From Rickettsiales bacterium (GTDB taxonomy: Bacteria; Pseudomonadota; Alphaproteobacteria; Rickettsiales; UBA1997): DNA of 64,000 bases. Of the stretch, positions 1-10,219 are shown piece after piece; position 1 is the first letter of the stretch; the number at the start of each line of letters is the position of its first letter. The DNA is taken from assembly GCA_017620845.1 (NCBI GenBank), contig JAGAUJ010000011.1, positions 189 to 64,188 of the forward strand, in the 5' to 3' direction. The notes under the pieces are model-generated. The model was given only the letters and a program-made list of their open reading frames with translations, had not been told where the DNA came from and made no database searches. The translations under genes were made by a program, and so were the position numbers.

Positions 1-1008
1 GCAACTTTCTCTTCCCCAAGAACCATGATGAGATCTGCTGCTCCAAAAAGAACTGTTGTTAATGATTTATCTGCTTCTCAAAAAGCTCAAAATGCAATGT
101 TATCTTCTATAAATAACAATGTAAATAGAGTTAGATATACAAACAATAAAAACTTAAATAACAGTATTTATAATTCTATCAAAGATAATATTGTTAATGA
201 TGGTAATAATGCTGGAAGTATTAATGACTCTATGTGGTATAGTATTAATACAGATATGTTAAGCAATAGAGATGATAAAACAAAATCATCAAGTGGTTCT
301 GTATTAGTAAACTTTGGTTATAATTTTGACTTTATTGATAATGTAAATAGTTCTGTTACTGTATCATTTAATCAAACAAAGTCAGATTTAAAAACATATT
401 CAAAAGATATTCCAGTTAACGCTTATAACTTTGCTTTATCATTATTTAATAAATATAATTTTGGTAATGATATAGTATTATCTGGTATGTTATCATATAA
501 CCACAATATAGTTAAAGACGGAAATACTAAAAACATTCAATATGGTTATGTAGATGATAGTACTGGTTCTTATACTACTTCTAATTTTACAAAACAAACA
601 AATAAAAAGCACTACAATGATATTTCATTATCAGTATCTGCTTTATACAATAAAGTAATATTAGATAATGTAAAATTATCAAGTGGATTTGATGTTAATT
701 ACTTTACAACAAATAAATTCCATAATGCTTTAACATTATCTCCTGTAATGGAACTTGGTAGTGTTAATGGTATGTATAATAATTTATTATTCCCAGTTGT
801 ATATGTAAAATATAATACAAATATAAATAATAAAAATATTAACATAAACAATGGTAGTAATAATAAAGTAAAATTAGATAAAAGTAATGCAGAATATGGT
901 GTTAAAACAAAAATTAATTTACCAAATAAATTAAATTGCGTATTATCATATTCTAATGATTCAAATAGAAATAATAACTTTGGTGCTAATGTTAATATTA
1001 ATTTCTAG
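1..1008 (+). CDS. Autotransporter-like outer-membrane beta-barrel domain, C-terminal part (5' end lies outside the window)
   Basis: The frame is open from nt 1, so the ATG at 25 is internal. The sequence is N/S/Y/G-rich with an alternating beta-strand pattern and ends ...GANVNINF, an aromatic C-terminus typical of OM barrels. A hairpin follows. Confidence 0.5.
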   Translation, partial: ATFSSPRTMMRSAAPKRTVVNDLSASQKAQNAMLSSINNNVNRVRYTNNKNLNNSIYNSIKDNIVNDGNNAGSINDSMWYSINTDMLSNRDDKTKSSSGSVLVNFGYNFDFIDNVNSSVTVSFNQTKSDLKTYSKDIPVNAYNFALSLFNKYNFGNDIVLSGMLSYNHNIVKDGNTKNIQYGYVDDSTGSYTTSNFTKQTNKKHYNDISLSVSALYNKVILDNVKLSSGFDVNYFTTNKFHNALTLSPVMELGSVNGMYNNLLFPVVYVKYNTNINNKNININNGSNNKVKLDKSNAEYGVKTKINLPNKLNCVLSYSNDSNRNNNFGANVNINF

Positions 1009-1046
1009 ACAACAAATGATATAATTAATTAATATTTATTTATATA

Positions 1047-1079
1047 AAACTACCCATCAATAAAATTGGTGGGTAGTTT
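1047..1079. terminator. Bidirectional stem-loop between convergent genes
   Basis: aaactaccca (1047-1056) pairs perfectly with tgggtagttt (1070-1079). It sits between the stop at 1008 (+) and the stop at 1121 (-). Confidence 0.6.
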
Positions 1080-1120
1080 AGTATGTGTAGTGATTTATAT
1101 ATAGTGATTGTTACGGATAG

Positions 1121-1633
1121 TTAATATTTAAATATATTAATAAGTTTATCTATTCCATTAATACATTTTTGCAAATAATTAACACTATTATTAGATTTAC
1201 AATAAATTATATTTGAATGTTTATTTGCTGGAAAACTTACTATACTAATTTCTTTTAAATTTATTGATGTTAAAACTCGCCTGCCTTTTTTATCAGTATA
1301 ACAATTATTTACCGTATAACCTATACTTAAACCATTAACTAACTCATTTTTAACATAAGAATATATATTTTTATTATTATTAATATCTATTTTACCTTCC
1401 ACATAAAGACCAATATCATCTTCTTTTATTATGTTAAATTTACCTATTACTTTATTTGAATCGTGTTGCCAACATAACTGTATTTCTTTATTATTGATTA
1501 ATGTATCTTTAAAGGCACCATTTACAATTACATCATTGTAACTGTCAGTAACATTAAAAATACTTGCGTAGCCATAAAAGGTGCCATCTTCATTCTTTAA
1601 AGAAGTGTTGATTGTATTGTTTTTGTATTCCAT
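1121..1633 (-). CDS. HK97-family phage prohead protease (S78/U35-like), isolated copy
   Basis: 170 aa. GYASIFNVTDSYNDVIVNGAFKDTL, CWQHD and LKEISIVSFPAN match the HK97 gp4/GTA g4-type prohead protease pattern. Confidence 0.7.
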   Translation of the reverse strand: MEYKNNTINTSLKNEDGTFYGYASIFNVTDSYNDVIVNGAFKDTLINNKEIQLCWQHDSNKVIGKFNIIKEDDIGLYVEGKIDINNNKNIYSYVKNELVNGLSIGYTVNNCYTDKKGRRVLTSINLKEISIVSFPANKHSNIIYCKSNNSVNYLQKCINGIDKLINIFKY

Positions 1634-1790
1634 AATTGTTGTAATTGTTTGTAATGTTTGTAATAGTGTATTTTGGTTAATGTTGAGTGGAAGTATATTT
1701 TGTGAGTTTATTGTAGATAAAATTTTATAGATTTTTTAAAAAATAAAAGTATTATACAAACAATTAATAATAAAATTAAAATAAATAATT

Positions 1791-3452
1791 ATGACAGATA
1801 TAGAAATTGCAAGAAACACAAAATTACAAAAAATAACAGAAATAGCAAAAGAAATAGATTTAACCGAAGAAGACATTGAATTATATGGTAATTATAAAGC
1901 AAAAATATCACAAGAAGCCATAAATAAAATTAATCAAAATACAAAAAATGGAAAGCTGGTTTTGGTAACTGCAATTAACCCAACTCCTGCTGGTGAGGGA
2001 AAAACTACTATGTCAATAGGTTTAGCACAAGCATTAAATAAATTAAATAAAAATGTCATTTTAGCATTAAGAGAACCATCATTAGGACCTTGTTTTGGTA
2101 TGAAAGGTGGAGCAACTGGTGGTGGTTATTCACAAGTTGCACCAATGGAAGATATAAATTTACATTTTACCGGTGATATACATGCAATTACAACCGCTCA
2201 CAATTTAATATCTGCCTTGATTGATAATCATATTAATTTTGGTAATAAATTAAATATTAAAAGAGTTGTTTGGAAAAGAGTTGTAGATTTAAATGATAGG
2301 GCTTTAAGAAGTGTAATAGTTGGTGTTGGCGATGATAGTGGCGAAGTTAGAGAAGATAGTTTTATGATAACAGTTGCATCTGAAATTATGGCAGTATTTT
2401 GTTTATCTGAAAATATGACAGATTTAAAAAATAGACTTTCAAGAATTGTAGTTGCTTATGATAAGGATAACAAAGCAATTACTTTAAGTGATATTAAAGC
2501 AGTTGGGAGTGTTGCTGTGCTATTAAAAGATGCAATAAAACCAAATTTAGTTCAAACATTAGAGGGTGTGCCTGCTTTGATACATGGTGGACCTTTTGCA
2601 AATATAGCACATGGTTGTAATAGTGTAATTGCTACAAAAACTGCTTTAAAATTGGGAGATTATGTTATAACAGAGGCTGGTTTTGGTGCTGATTTGGGTG
2701 CAGAAAAGTTTTTAGATATAAAATGTAGACAAGCAGGCTTAACCCCTGATGCAGTTGTTATAGTGGCAACTTGTAGATCTTTAAAATATAATGGTGGTAT
2801 TGATAAAAAAGAATTGCAAGAAGAAAATGTAGAAGCCTTAAAACTTGGCTTGTGTAATTTAGAAAAACATATAAATAATATGAAAAAATATAATTTGCCA
2901 GTTGTTGTCGCTTTGAATAAATTTAATTTTGATACTGAAAATGAAGTAAATGTTATAAAAAATAAATGTGATGAGTTGGGTGTGGAATTTGCAACTTGCA
3001 CTGCTTGGGCCGATGGTGGTAATGGCGCTATTGATTTGGTAAATAAGGTTATGACTGCTGTTGAAAATAATAAACAAGAATTTAAATTTTTGTATGATTT
3101 AGATTTGTCTTTAAAAGAAAAAATAAAAACAGTTGCAACAGAAATATATGGGGCAAAAAGTGTTGTATTTTTGCCAAAAGCAAGTAAAAAATTAAAACAA
3201 TATACAGAAGATGGTTTCGATAAATTGCCAATTTGTATAGCAAAAACACAATATTCTTTTTCGGATAATCCAGCACTTTTGGGTGCACCACAAGATTTTA
3301 CTTTTACAATAAAAGATGTTAATTTGTCTGCTGGTGCTGGTTTTGTGGTTTGTCTTGCTGGAGATATTATGACTATGCCTGGTTTGCCAAAAATCCCCGC
3401 CGCAAATGCTATTGATGTTGATGAAGATGGAAATGTGGTTGGGTTGTTTTGA
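1791..3452 (+). CDS. fhs: Formate--tetrahydrofolate ligase
   Basis: 553 aa with the [11 protein letters not shown]-loop. It is full-length and collinear with FTHFS (..[12 protein letters not shown].., ..[12 protein letters not shown]..). Confidence 0.95.
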   Translation: MTDIEIARNTKLQKITEIAKEIDLTEEDIELYGNYKAKISQEAINKINQNTKNGKLVLVTAINPTPAGEGKTTMSIGLAQALNKLNKNVILALREPSLGPCFGMKGGATGGGYSQVAPMEDINLHFTGDIHAITTAHNLISALIDNHINFGNKLNIKRVVWKRVVDLNDRALRSVIVGVGDDSGEVREDSFMITVASEIMAVFCLSENMTDLKNRLSRIVVAYDKDNKAITLSDIKAVGSVAVLLKDAIKPNLVQTLEGVPALIHGGPFANIAHGCNSVIATKTALKLGDYVITEAGFGADLGAEKFLDIKCRQAGLTPDAVVIVATCRSLKYNGGIDKKELQEENVEALKLGLCNLEKHINNMKKYNLPVVVALNKFNFDTENEVNVIKNKCDELGVEFATCTAWADGGNGAIDLVNKVMTAVENNKQEFKFLYDLDLSLKEKIKTVATEIYGAKSVVFLPKASKKLKQYTEDGFDKLPICIAKTQYSFSDNPALLGAPQDFTFTIKDVNLSAGAGFVVCLAGDIMTMPGLPKIPAANAIDVDEDGNVVGLF

Positions 3453-3934
3453 TTTTTTATTATAAAATAAGTTTATTATTTTGTAATTGTTTGTGTTGTT
3501 GTGTGGATTTTGATTTGTTATTAATATTTTAATATTGATGATATATTATTGATATTTATTTGTAGTTTAAATTACTTGTCCAGTAAGTAAGTGTTTTGTT
3601 GCGAATTAAATATAAAAATTAAGTTATTATATTTAGTATAGATAAAATGTTTTATTTATTTTTTTGATAAATAAATAATATGTTAAAATATAAGTTGTAA
3701 TTTTAGATAAAGAATATATTTAAATAATTATTTACTTAAAATAAAAAATAAATTTATAAAGATATAATAATTTACAGAATAATTTGATACCATTTATCCA
3801 CCAATTGGTGTTTAATTGCATAAACCAAATTGTAATAGTGATGTATTTTAAGTTAGTTATTGTAAAAACTAACTTAATTATTTACATTTAAAAAATAAAA
3901 TATATTTTATAACAAGCAGATTATTTATATTAAT

Positions 3935-6262
3935 ATGAAAAGTTTAGTAGTAGTTGAATCACCAGCAAAAGCAAAAACAATAAACAAATATTTAGGCAAA
4001 GACTACATAGTTTTAGCATCATTTGGCCATATAAGACAATTACCAAAAGAAAATGGAAGTGTTGAACCTGACAACAATTTTCACATAAAATACGAAGTTG
4101 ACAAAGCATCACAAAAACACGTAAAAGCACTTGTTGATGCCATGAAAGAATGCGATAAATTAATACTTGCAAGCGACCCCGATAGAGAAGGGGAGGCTAT
4201 CGCTTGGCATGTAGTTGAAGTGCTAAAACAAAAAAAAGCAATCAAAAAAGATACGATTATTGAAAGAGTTGTTTTTAATGCTATAACAAAAGCAACTGTT
4301 GAAAAGGCAATGAAAGAAGCAAGGCAAATAGATATGGATCTTGTAAATGCACAACAAGCAAGGGTTGCTTTGGATTATTTGGTGGGTTTTACCTTGTCGC
4401 CAGTTTTGTGGAGAAAATTACCAGGTAGTAGATCTGCTGGTAGGGTGCAATCAGTTGCTTTAAGATTAATTTGTGAAAGACAAGCAGAAATTTTAAACTT
4501 TAAAAGTGATGAGTATTGGTCTATTGATGTAAATGTTCAAAATACTGAAAAAAAAGATATAACTGCAAAACTTACTGAAATTGATGGTAAAAAAATTGAT
4601 AAATTATTTATTAAAAATGAAAAGCGAGCGAATGAAATAAAACAAGCATTAGAGTTAGAAAAATATTTTGTTAAAAATATAGATAGAAAAGAAATCAAAA
4701 GAAATCCATTTGCACCATTTACAACCTCTACTTTACAACAAGAAGCATCTAAAAAATTAGGTTTTTCTACAAAAAAAACTATGAGTGTGGCACAAAAATT
4801 ATATGAGGGTATAGATGTTGGTAATGGCGCACATGGTTTAATTACATATATGAGAACGGATGGAGTTTATACTGCACCAGAGGCTATAAAAGAAGCAAGA
4901 GAATATATTGATAGTAAGTATGGAAATAAATATTTGCCAGCAAAAGTAATTGTATATCAAAATAAAGTTAAAAATGCACAAGAGGCACATGAAGCAATAA
5001 GACCAACAAGTCCAAAAACTACACCAGAGAGTATAAAAAAATATTTAAGTGATGATGAGTATAAATTGTATGATTTAATTTGGAAAAGATTAATTGCAAG
5101 TCAGATGGCAAGTGTAATTATGGATCAAGTTTCAATAGATATAAATACAAGTAAACATTTACTACGAGCTGTTGGAAGTGTTGTAAAATTTGATGGTTTT
5201 TATATTTTATACAACGAAACAAATGAAGATACAGAGGATGAAAAAACAATAATTTTACCAAATGTAAATATTGGTGAAGAATTAAAATTTAAAAAAGTTA
5301 TTGCAAAACAACATTTTACAGAACCACCAGCAAAATATACAGAAGCAAGTTTAGTTAAAAAAATGGAAGAATTAGGAATTGGTAGACCGTCTACATATGC
5401 AACAATTATAAGTGTTTTACAAGAAAGAGGTTATGTTAAACTTGAAAAGAAGAGATTTATTGCTGAAAATAGAGGTATTGTTGTAAGTGCTTTTTTAAAG
5501 ACATATTTTCAAAAATATGTAGAGTATGATTATACTGCTAAATTGGAAGATGATTTAGATATTGTATCTAATGGTAAAAAAGACTGGTTGTCTTTGTTGA
5601 ATGAGTTTTGGGTTCCATTTAAAAATGAAATAGATAAGTCATTGGAAGTTAAAAACGCGGTTGTTTTAGAGGAAATAACGAAGATTTTGAATAATTATTT
5701 TTTTATAAAAGATAAAAATGGTAATGTAAACAATAAATGTCCAGATTGCGAAACTGGAACTTTGGGACTTAAAGTTGGTAAATTTGGTGTATTTATTGCT
5801 TGTTCTAATTATCCAGACTGTAAGCATACTGAAAAAATAGCAACAACTACTGATGAAGATAATATGGCACAAGATGGTGAAGTTAAAGAAAAATTTGAAA
5901 ATAAATTATTAGGACAAAAGGATAATTTGAATGTTTATCTCAAAAAAGGTCCGTATGGTTTTTATATTCAACTTGGCGAAGATAATGGTAAGCCAAAACC
6001 AAAAAGGGTTGGTATTCCTAAAAAAATGAATATAGAAGAAATTAATTTTGACAAAGCAAATGCTTTACTTGAATTGCCAAGATTGGTGGGAAAACACCCA
6101 GATGATAGTGGAGATATAAAGGCAAATATTGGTCCTTATGGTCCTTATTTAATGTGGAATAAAAAGTTCTTTTCAGTAAAAGATGATGATATACTTGATA
6201 TTACTTTGAATCGAGCTCTTGTTGTTATAAGTGAAGAAAGAAGTAAAAAGAGAGATAAATAA
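3935..6262 (+). CDS. topA: DNA topoisomerase I
   Basis: 775 aa. It has a TOPRIM motif DPDREGEAIAWH, an active-site Tyr context LITYMRTDG, and a C-terminal zinc ribbon CPDC...CSNYPDCKH. Confidence 0.95.
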   Translation: MKSLVVVESPAKAKTINKYLGKDYIVLASFGHIRQLPKENGSVEPDNNFHIKYEVDKASQKHVKALVDAMKECDKLILASDPDREGEAIAWHVVEVLKQKKAIKKDTIIERVVFNAITKATVEKAMKEARQIDMDLVNAQQARVALDYLVGFTLSPVLWRKLPGSRSAGRVQSVALRLICERQAEILNFKSDEYWSIDVNVQNTEKKDITAKLTEIDGKKIDKLFIKNEKRANEIKQALELEKYFVKNIDRKEIKRNPFAPFTTSTLQQEASKKLGFSTKKTMSVAQKLYEGIDVGNGAHGLITYMRTDGVYTAPEAIKEAREYIDSKYGNKYLPAKVIVYQNKVKNAQEAHEAIRPTSPKTTPESIKKYLSDDEYKLYDLIWKRLIASQMASVIMDQVSIDINTSKHLLRAVGSVVKFDGFYILYNETNEDTEDEKTIILPNVNIGEELKFKKVIAKQHFTEPPAKYTEASLVKKMEELGIGRPSTYATIISVLQERGYVKLEKKRFIAENRGIVVSAFLKTYFQKYVEYDYTAKLEDDLDIVSNGKKDWLSLLNEFWVPFKNEIDKSLEVKNAVVLEEITKILNNYFFIKDKNGNVNNKCPDCETGTLGLKVGKFGVFIACSNYPDCKHTEKIATTTDEDNMAQDGEVKEKFENKLLGQKDNLNVYLKKGPYGFYIQLGEDNGKPKPKRVGIPKKMNIEEINFDKANALLELPRLVGKHPDDSGDIKANIGPYGPYLMWNKKFFSVKDDDILDITLNRALVVISEERSKKRDK

Positions 6263-6506
6263 AGTGGTTGTTTATATTATCTAACAAATAAGTAATTGCG
6301 ATGTATTTATTTGTTGTTAATCTTATGTATTAATGTATTACAATAATTTTATTTTCATTTGGTGCTATTTGTCAGTAATAATTTTTTTTGTAACAATTGC
6401 AGATGCAATAATTTGGAAATAAACAATAATTAGCATTGAAAATATTAAATAAATAATCAAGAATATATATTATTAAACAACTTAATTAAATTAGTCTTTT
6501 ATAATA

Positions 6507-7391
6507 TTATTGTGTCAATTTTAATGTTTGTGGGTTAAGATCTAAAGTTTTATAATCAGTATTTATAATAACTTCAACTCTTCTATTAAGTTGATTTTTT
6601 TCATTTTGTTTTGTTAAAATTTTTGGAGATTTAGAACTCAAACTTTCAACAGTTATAAATTCTCTTGGAATGCCATTTTTAACCAATATATTATATACAG
6701 TATTTGCCCTTCTTCTTGCTAATGTATTATTATAGATAGGCTTACCAATTCTATCTGCATGACCAACAACAGAGATTTTATAATCCCCTTTTAATTCATT
6801 AACATATTTTAAAATTGAGCTTATTTTTACAACAGATTCTGGATTTAATTTGTAGTTATCATAATCAAAGAAAATATCTATTGTTTTTTGTTTTGCAAAT
6901 TCAATAAAATACAATTCTTCTTCTTTTGTTAAGAATTTTGTTTCATCTTCATCTGGTGCTACAACTTTATTTTGTAAGGCTATATTTTTGTTTTTTTCTA
7001 ACATATTAGTTAATTTAGTAAATGAATCTTTACATATTGTTGCTTCACCAAGGTTTTTGTTGTTTGTTTCAAAATATAACCAACAGTTAAATAAAAAATA
7101 CAAATCTGCTAATGTTTCTGGTTTTGTATCTTTCATTGTATCATCCAAAACTAGTGAAAACTTACTTTTTCTGTAATATGCTTCTAAACCAAGTTTAGCA
7201 AAATAACTAGAACTTACATAATCATAATTTTGCTTCAATATATCAGAATATCTTAAATATTTTAGAGCCAAAATATCGTTAAAGTCATTACTAATTTCTA
7301 ATTCCGCTTCAACTCTCCTTAGTCTACTTAACCTACTGCAAGACGGTAGAATAAATAAAATCAGCAATAACAATAACGATATTTTTTTCAT
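6507..7391 (-). CDS. OmpA-family lipoprotein with an uncharacterised N-terminal domain
   Basis: Signal peptide plus lipobox (..ILPSC). The C-terminal OmpA_C signature is VVGHADRIGKPIYNNTLARRRANTV...NRRVEVII. Confidence 0.8.
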   Translation of the reverse strand: MKKISLLLLLILFILPSCSRLSRLRRVEAELEISNDFNDILALKYLRYSDILKQNYDYVSSSYFAKLGLEAYYRKSKFSLVLDDTMKDTKPETLADLYFLFNCWLYFETNNKNLGEATICKDSFTKLTNMLEKNKNIALQNKVVAPDEDETKFLTKEEELYFIEFAKQKTIDIFFDYDNYKLNPESVVKISSILKYVNELKGDYKISVVGHADRIGKPIYNNTLARRRANTVYNILVKNGIPREFITVESLSSKSPKILTKQNEKNQLNRRVEVIINTDYKTLDLNPQTLKLTQ

Positions 7392-7424
7392 TTCTATATT
7401 TTTTTATTTACAATTAATTCCAAA

Positions 7425-8210
7425 TTATTTTAATTTCTCTAATATTGCTGATTCATCAATGTAACCTGGAACAAATTCTTCACCAATTAAAAATGCTGGT
7501 GTTCCACCAATACCTATTTCATTTCCCAATTGTCTATTGTCATTTAGTCTTTTTTCAATGTCAGTTGCTCTTGTTTTTAAAGTTCTTCTAATTCTTTCAA
7601 CTGATATTTTAGCTTCTTTTAAAGCATTTTCAATATTATCTATTGATGTTGCTTCGCTATTCATTAAAGCAGAGTGAAAATCTAAATATTTACTTGGAGT
7701 TGTCATAGCAACAGCAATTGAATATTTAGCAGCTTCAACAGATACTCCACCAAAAATAGGGAAATCTCTAAATATTACTTTAACATCTGGATCTTTTCTT
7801 GCTATATTTTCAACTGCTTTTGATCCCCTTTTGCAATATCCGCAGTTATAGTCAAAGAATTCAACTATAATTTTTTTACCTTTTGGGTTTGCTACACCGG
7901 TGTTTTTTTCGTCTCTTATTTTGTCAATGTTCTTTTTGACATTAACTTCCATTTTTTCTTGTTGTTTTCTTTGCATTTCTGCTTGCTCTTTTTCAGCGTA
8001 TCTTTGAACTGAGTCTAAAATAGCTTTTGGATTGTTGTCTATAAAAGCTTTAAATGCTTCATCTTGACCTGCTTTGTTGCATTTACCAAGTTTTATAAAT
8101 ATAAAAACATTACATATTAATAATATTAATATCAAAATGTAAGCAAATTTTAATTCGCAACTCATATTGTTAAAACAATTTTTTATAGAACAACCTTTTT
8201 TTTCACTCAT
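7425..8210 (-). CDS. Membrane-anchored DsbA-family thiol:disulfide oxidoreductase (Com1/27-kDa OMP-like)
   Basis: It has an N-terminal TM helix, a K/E-rich linker, the thioredoxin-fold active site FFDYNCGYCKR (CxxC), and a C-terminal GTPAFLIG motif. Confidence 0.8.
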   Translation of the reverse strand: MSEKKGCSIKNCFNNMSCELKFAYILILILLICNVFIFIKLGKCNKAGQDEAFKAFIDNNPKAILDSVQRYAEKEQAEMQRKQQEKMEVNVKKNIDKIRDEKNTGVANPKGKKIIVEFFDYNCGYCKRGSKAVENIARKDPDVKVIFRDFPIFGGVSVEAAKYSIAVAMTTPSKYLDFHSALMNSEATSIDNIENALKEAKISVERIRRTLKTRATDIEKRLNDNRQLGNEIGIGGTPAFLIGEEFVPGYIDESAILEKLK

Positions 8211-8397
8211 AGTATTCTTGTTAAAGTTATTAATAATCTTATTAATGATATTATTAAAAATATTATTTTCAATAGAAAATTGTTTTGTTTATTGAAATGA
8301 TTGGTGTAAATATATATTTTTTTATTTATTATATTTCTTGTTTTTTTATTTTTTTATTAATATACTTTCAAGTAAATAATAAAATAAATTCAAAAAA

Positions 8398-10077
8398 ATG
8401 ACAGAAATACAAAAAAAATACAGTAAATTATCACTAAAAAAAATACTTGGATTAATATTAATGATTATAACACTTATTATTATAATTACAGCGCCAGATA
8501 TAAAACTTTTATATAGTAAGTGTCCTTGCACGAAAATAAAAAATAGAAATATAAGAAACTTTGTAATGAAAGATATAAATAGAAAAAAATTATTAGATTC
8601 TTGTTTAAGTCCGCTTGATAGTTTTGAATATTATAATAATTTATATAAATCAACAATTAAGGCTATATGTGATTTAGAAGATGGAAAATATATAACAAAA
8701 CAGGATAAAAATAAGTTATTTAATTTGTTAAAACGTGGTAATATATTAAGTCTAAAACAAGATCTAAAAACAATTTCATTAAATATAGTAGATAGCGAAT
8801 CTTTATCAACTAAATTATTTCTTGATGGTTTAGTTAATGAATTATTGTTTCTTGATAAACAAGCAGAAAAGTCATATATTTTAGCAATAGAAAATAATAA
8901 ATTTGTTGGTAAATATTATATTCAATTGGCAAAATTATATAATAAAAATTGCAAATATAAAGATTCAATAAATTCTTTGTTAAAAGTATCTTCAATTTTA
9001 AATAATAATAATGATAGAACTAATATTGAAGATGTTTACATGTTTTTAGGTGATTTATATTTTAAAACAAGAGATTATGAAAATGCTTTGGTTTATTATT
9101 CAAATAATCTTATAACTATTGACGCAAAAAATAAGAATACAGAAAAACATAATGTTGTAACAAAACTTGGTCATATAATGATGATAAGAGGAAATTATTT
9201 TGAGGCTATAAATTATTATAAATATGCTTTAAGTTTAAAAAGTAAAAAAATGTCAAAAGATGCTGAAGTAAGGTTATTGTTAAATTTATCACAAGCATAT
9301 TATAAATATGGTAATTATATTAATGGTTTGAAATTTGCTAAATCTGCTTCACAAAAATCCAGACAAATTCGTGATAAATTATTACACTCAAAAGCGAAGT
9401 ATAATGAGTGTTTAAATTATGAATATTTAAATGATAGTAATAAAGCACAAAGATCTTGTAGCATGGCCTTGAAAGATGGTTACCAATATATTACTGAAAA
9501 TAAAACTGATATTGACGGTTATATAAATATTGGTGAAATGCTTGATTACTCTACTTACGTGAGAAATCCAAAACTTGCAAAAACACATTTTGAAAAAGCA
9601 TTGGGCATGGTCGGTAAAGATGTTTTACAAGAAATATCAATTTTAGAGCAAATTATGTTGATAGATGCATATTCTTCAAGTTTTACAAATGTGCCACAAC
9701 AATATAAGTATTTGAAAAATCTTTATAAAAAACATGATATTGAGTCTGGTTGTTGTAATGTTGTTTTGAATGCTTTTGTAAAGGAGAGGATGGGTTCGCG
9801 AGATGCTGAAAGAGATTATTTGATGGCAGAAATGGACTTGAAAAATAATTATTCACAACTGGCAACATTGTATTCTTATTTAGCAGATTATTATAAAAAT
9901 AATGGCATGTTAAAAAAAGCATTGATTTATGCAAAAAAATTCCATGAATTAAATACACAAATTTATAGATATGATCATCATTATGTAAAATACTCTTTGG
10001 AACAGGTTGAATCTATAACAAAACTTATTGAGCAGAAGGATAGTGCTAAAAAACAAATAAGAAACGTTAAAAAGTAG
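8398..10077 (+). CDS. Membrane-anchored TPR-repeat protein
   Basis: 559 aa. There is an N-terminal TM segment (ILGLILMIITLIIIITA) and repeated A/Y/L-patterned 34-aa units (e.g. DVYMFLGDLYFKTRDYENALVYY, YFEAINYYKYAL). A terminator follows. Confidence 0.55.
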   Translation: MTEIQKKYSKLSLKKILGLILMIITLIIIITAPDIKLLYSKCPCTKIKNRNIRNFVMKDINRKKLLDSCLSPLDSFEYYNNLYKSTIKAICDLEDGKYITKQDKNKLFNLLKRGNILSLKQDLKTISLNIVDSESLSTKLFLDGLVNELLFLDKQAEKSYILAIENNKFVGKYYIQLAKLYNKNCKYKDSINSLLKVSSILNNNNDRTNIEDVYMFLGDLYFKTRDYENALVYYSNNLITIDAKNKNTEKHNVVTKLGHIMMIRGNYFEAINYYKYALSLKSKKMSKDAEVRLLLNLSQAYYKYGNYINGLKFAKSASQKSRQIRDKLLHSKAKYNECLNYEYLNDSNKAQRSCSMALKDGYQYITENKTDIDGYINIGEMLDYSTYVRNPKLAKTHFEKALGMVGKDVLQEISILEQIMLIDAYSSSFTNVPQQYKYLKNLYKKHDIESGCCNVVLNAFVKERMGSRDAERDYLMAEMDLKNNYSQLATLYSYLADYYKNNGMLKKALIYAKKFHELNTQIYRYDHHYVKYSLEQVESITKLIEQKDSAKKQIRNVKK

Positions 10078-10111
10078 ATTGTTGTTTTAGCTGTTTTGTT
10101 TTACTTGAGAT

Positions 10112-10144
10112 TACCCCAAATGTTTGTGTTGGGGTAGTTTTTTG
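10112..10144 (+). terminator. Rho-independent terminator
   Basis: The taccccaa / ttggggta stem (10112-10119 / 10129-10136) is followed by a T-run, 35 nt after the stop at 10077. Confidence 0.75.
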
Positions 10145-10219
10145 TTGTAATTAAACAAATAATTAATTTGATCTTTAATGTTTAAATAATCAATTGGTTT
10201 TGATTTTTAAATTATTGTT

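Noticed and set aside
1121-1633. A prophage or gene-transfer-agent island around the prohead protease.
   Set aside because: Only this single phage-type gene is present. Its neighbours are an autotransporter and fhs. No integrase, att-like direct repeats, tRNA target, terminase, portal or capsid genes occur anywhere in the window.
1639-3494. GT-rich tracts occur just downstream of many stop codons in the sense orientation. The identical 14-mer TTGTAATTGTTTGT is at 1639-1652 and 3481-3494, and TTGTAATTGT again at 24114. Similar GT-rich runs lie after the genes ending at 10077, 15085, 17975, 45033 and 56254. There is also an approximate 3x tandem repeat of tgtaat(t)gtt at 1639-1668.
   Set aside because: A back-of-envelope estimate for this AT-rich composition predicts many identical 14-mers by chance in 64 kb. 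A G+T excess on the non-template strand of unconstrained transcribed DNA is the known transcription-associated mutational skew. I found no consistent spacing or structure, and the tandem repeat is too short and degenerate to be a CRISPR or satellite.
3453-3934. A 482-bp AT-rich spacer upstream of topA, considered as a possible replication origin or sRNA locus. It has a near-consensus DnaA box TTATCCACC (3794-3802), the 12-bp palindrome CACCAATTGGTG (3799-3810) and an 11-bp AT-rich hairpin (3848-3877).
   Set aside because: It has only one imperfect DnaA box. Palindromes and hairpins of this size are expected by chance many times in 64 kb of this composition. There are no clustered boxes, no typical oriC neighbour genes and no recognisable RNA motif. 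The single perfect box at 24271-24279 is likewise isolated.
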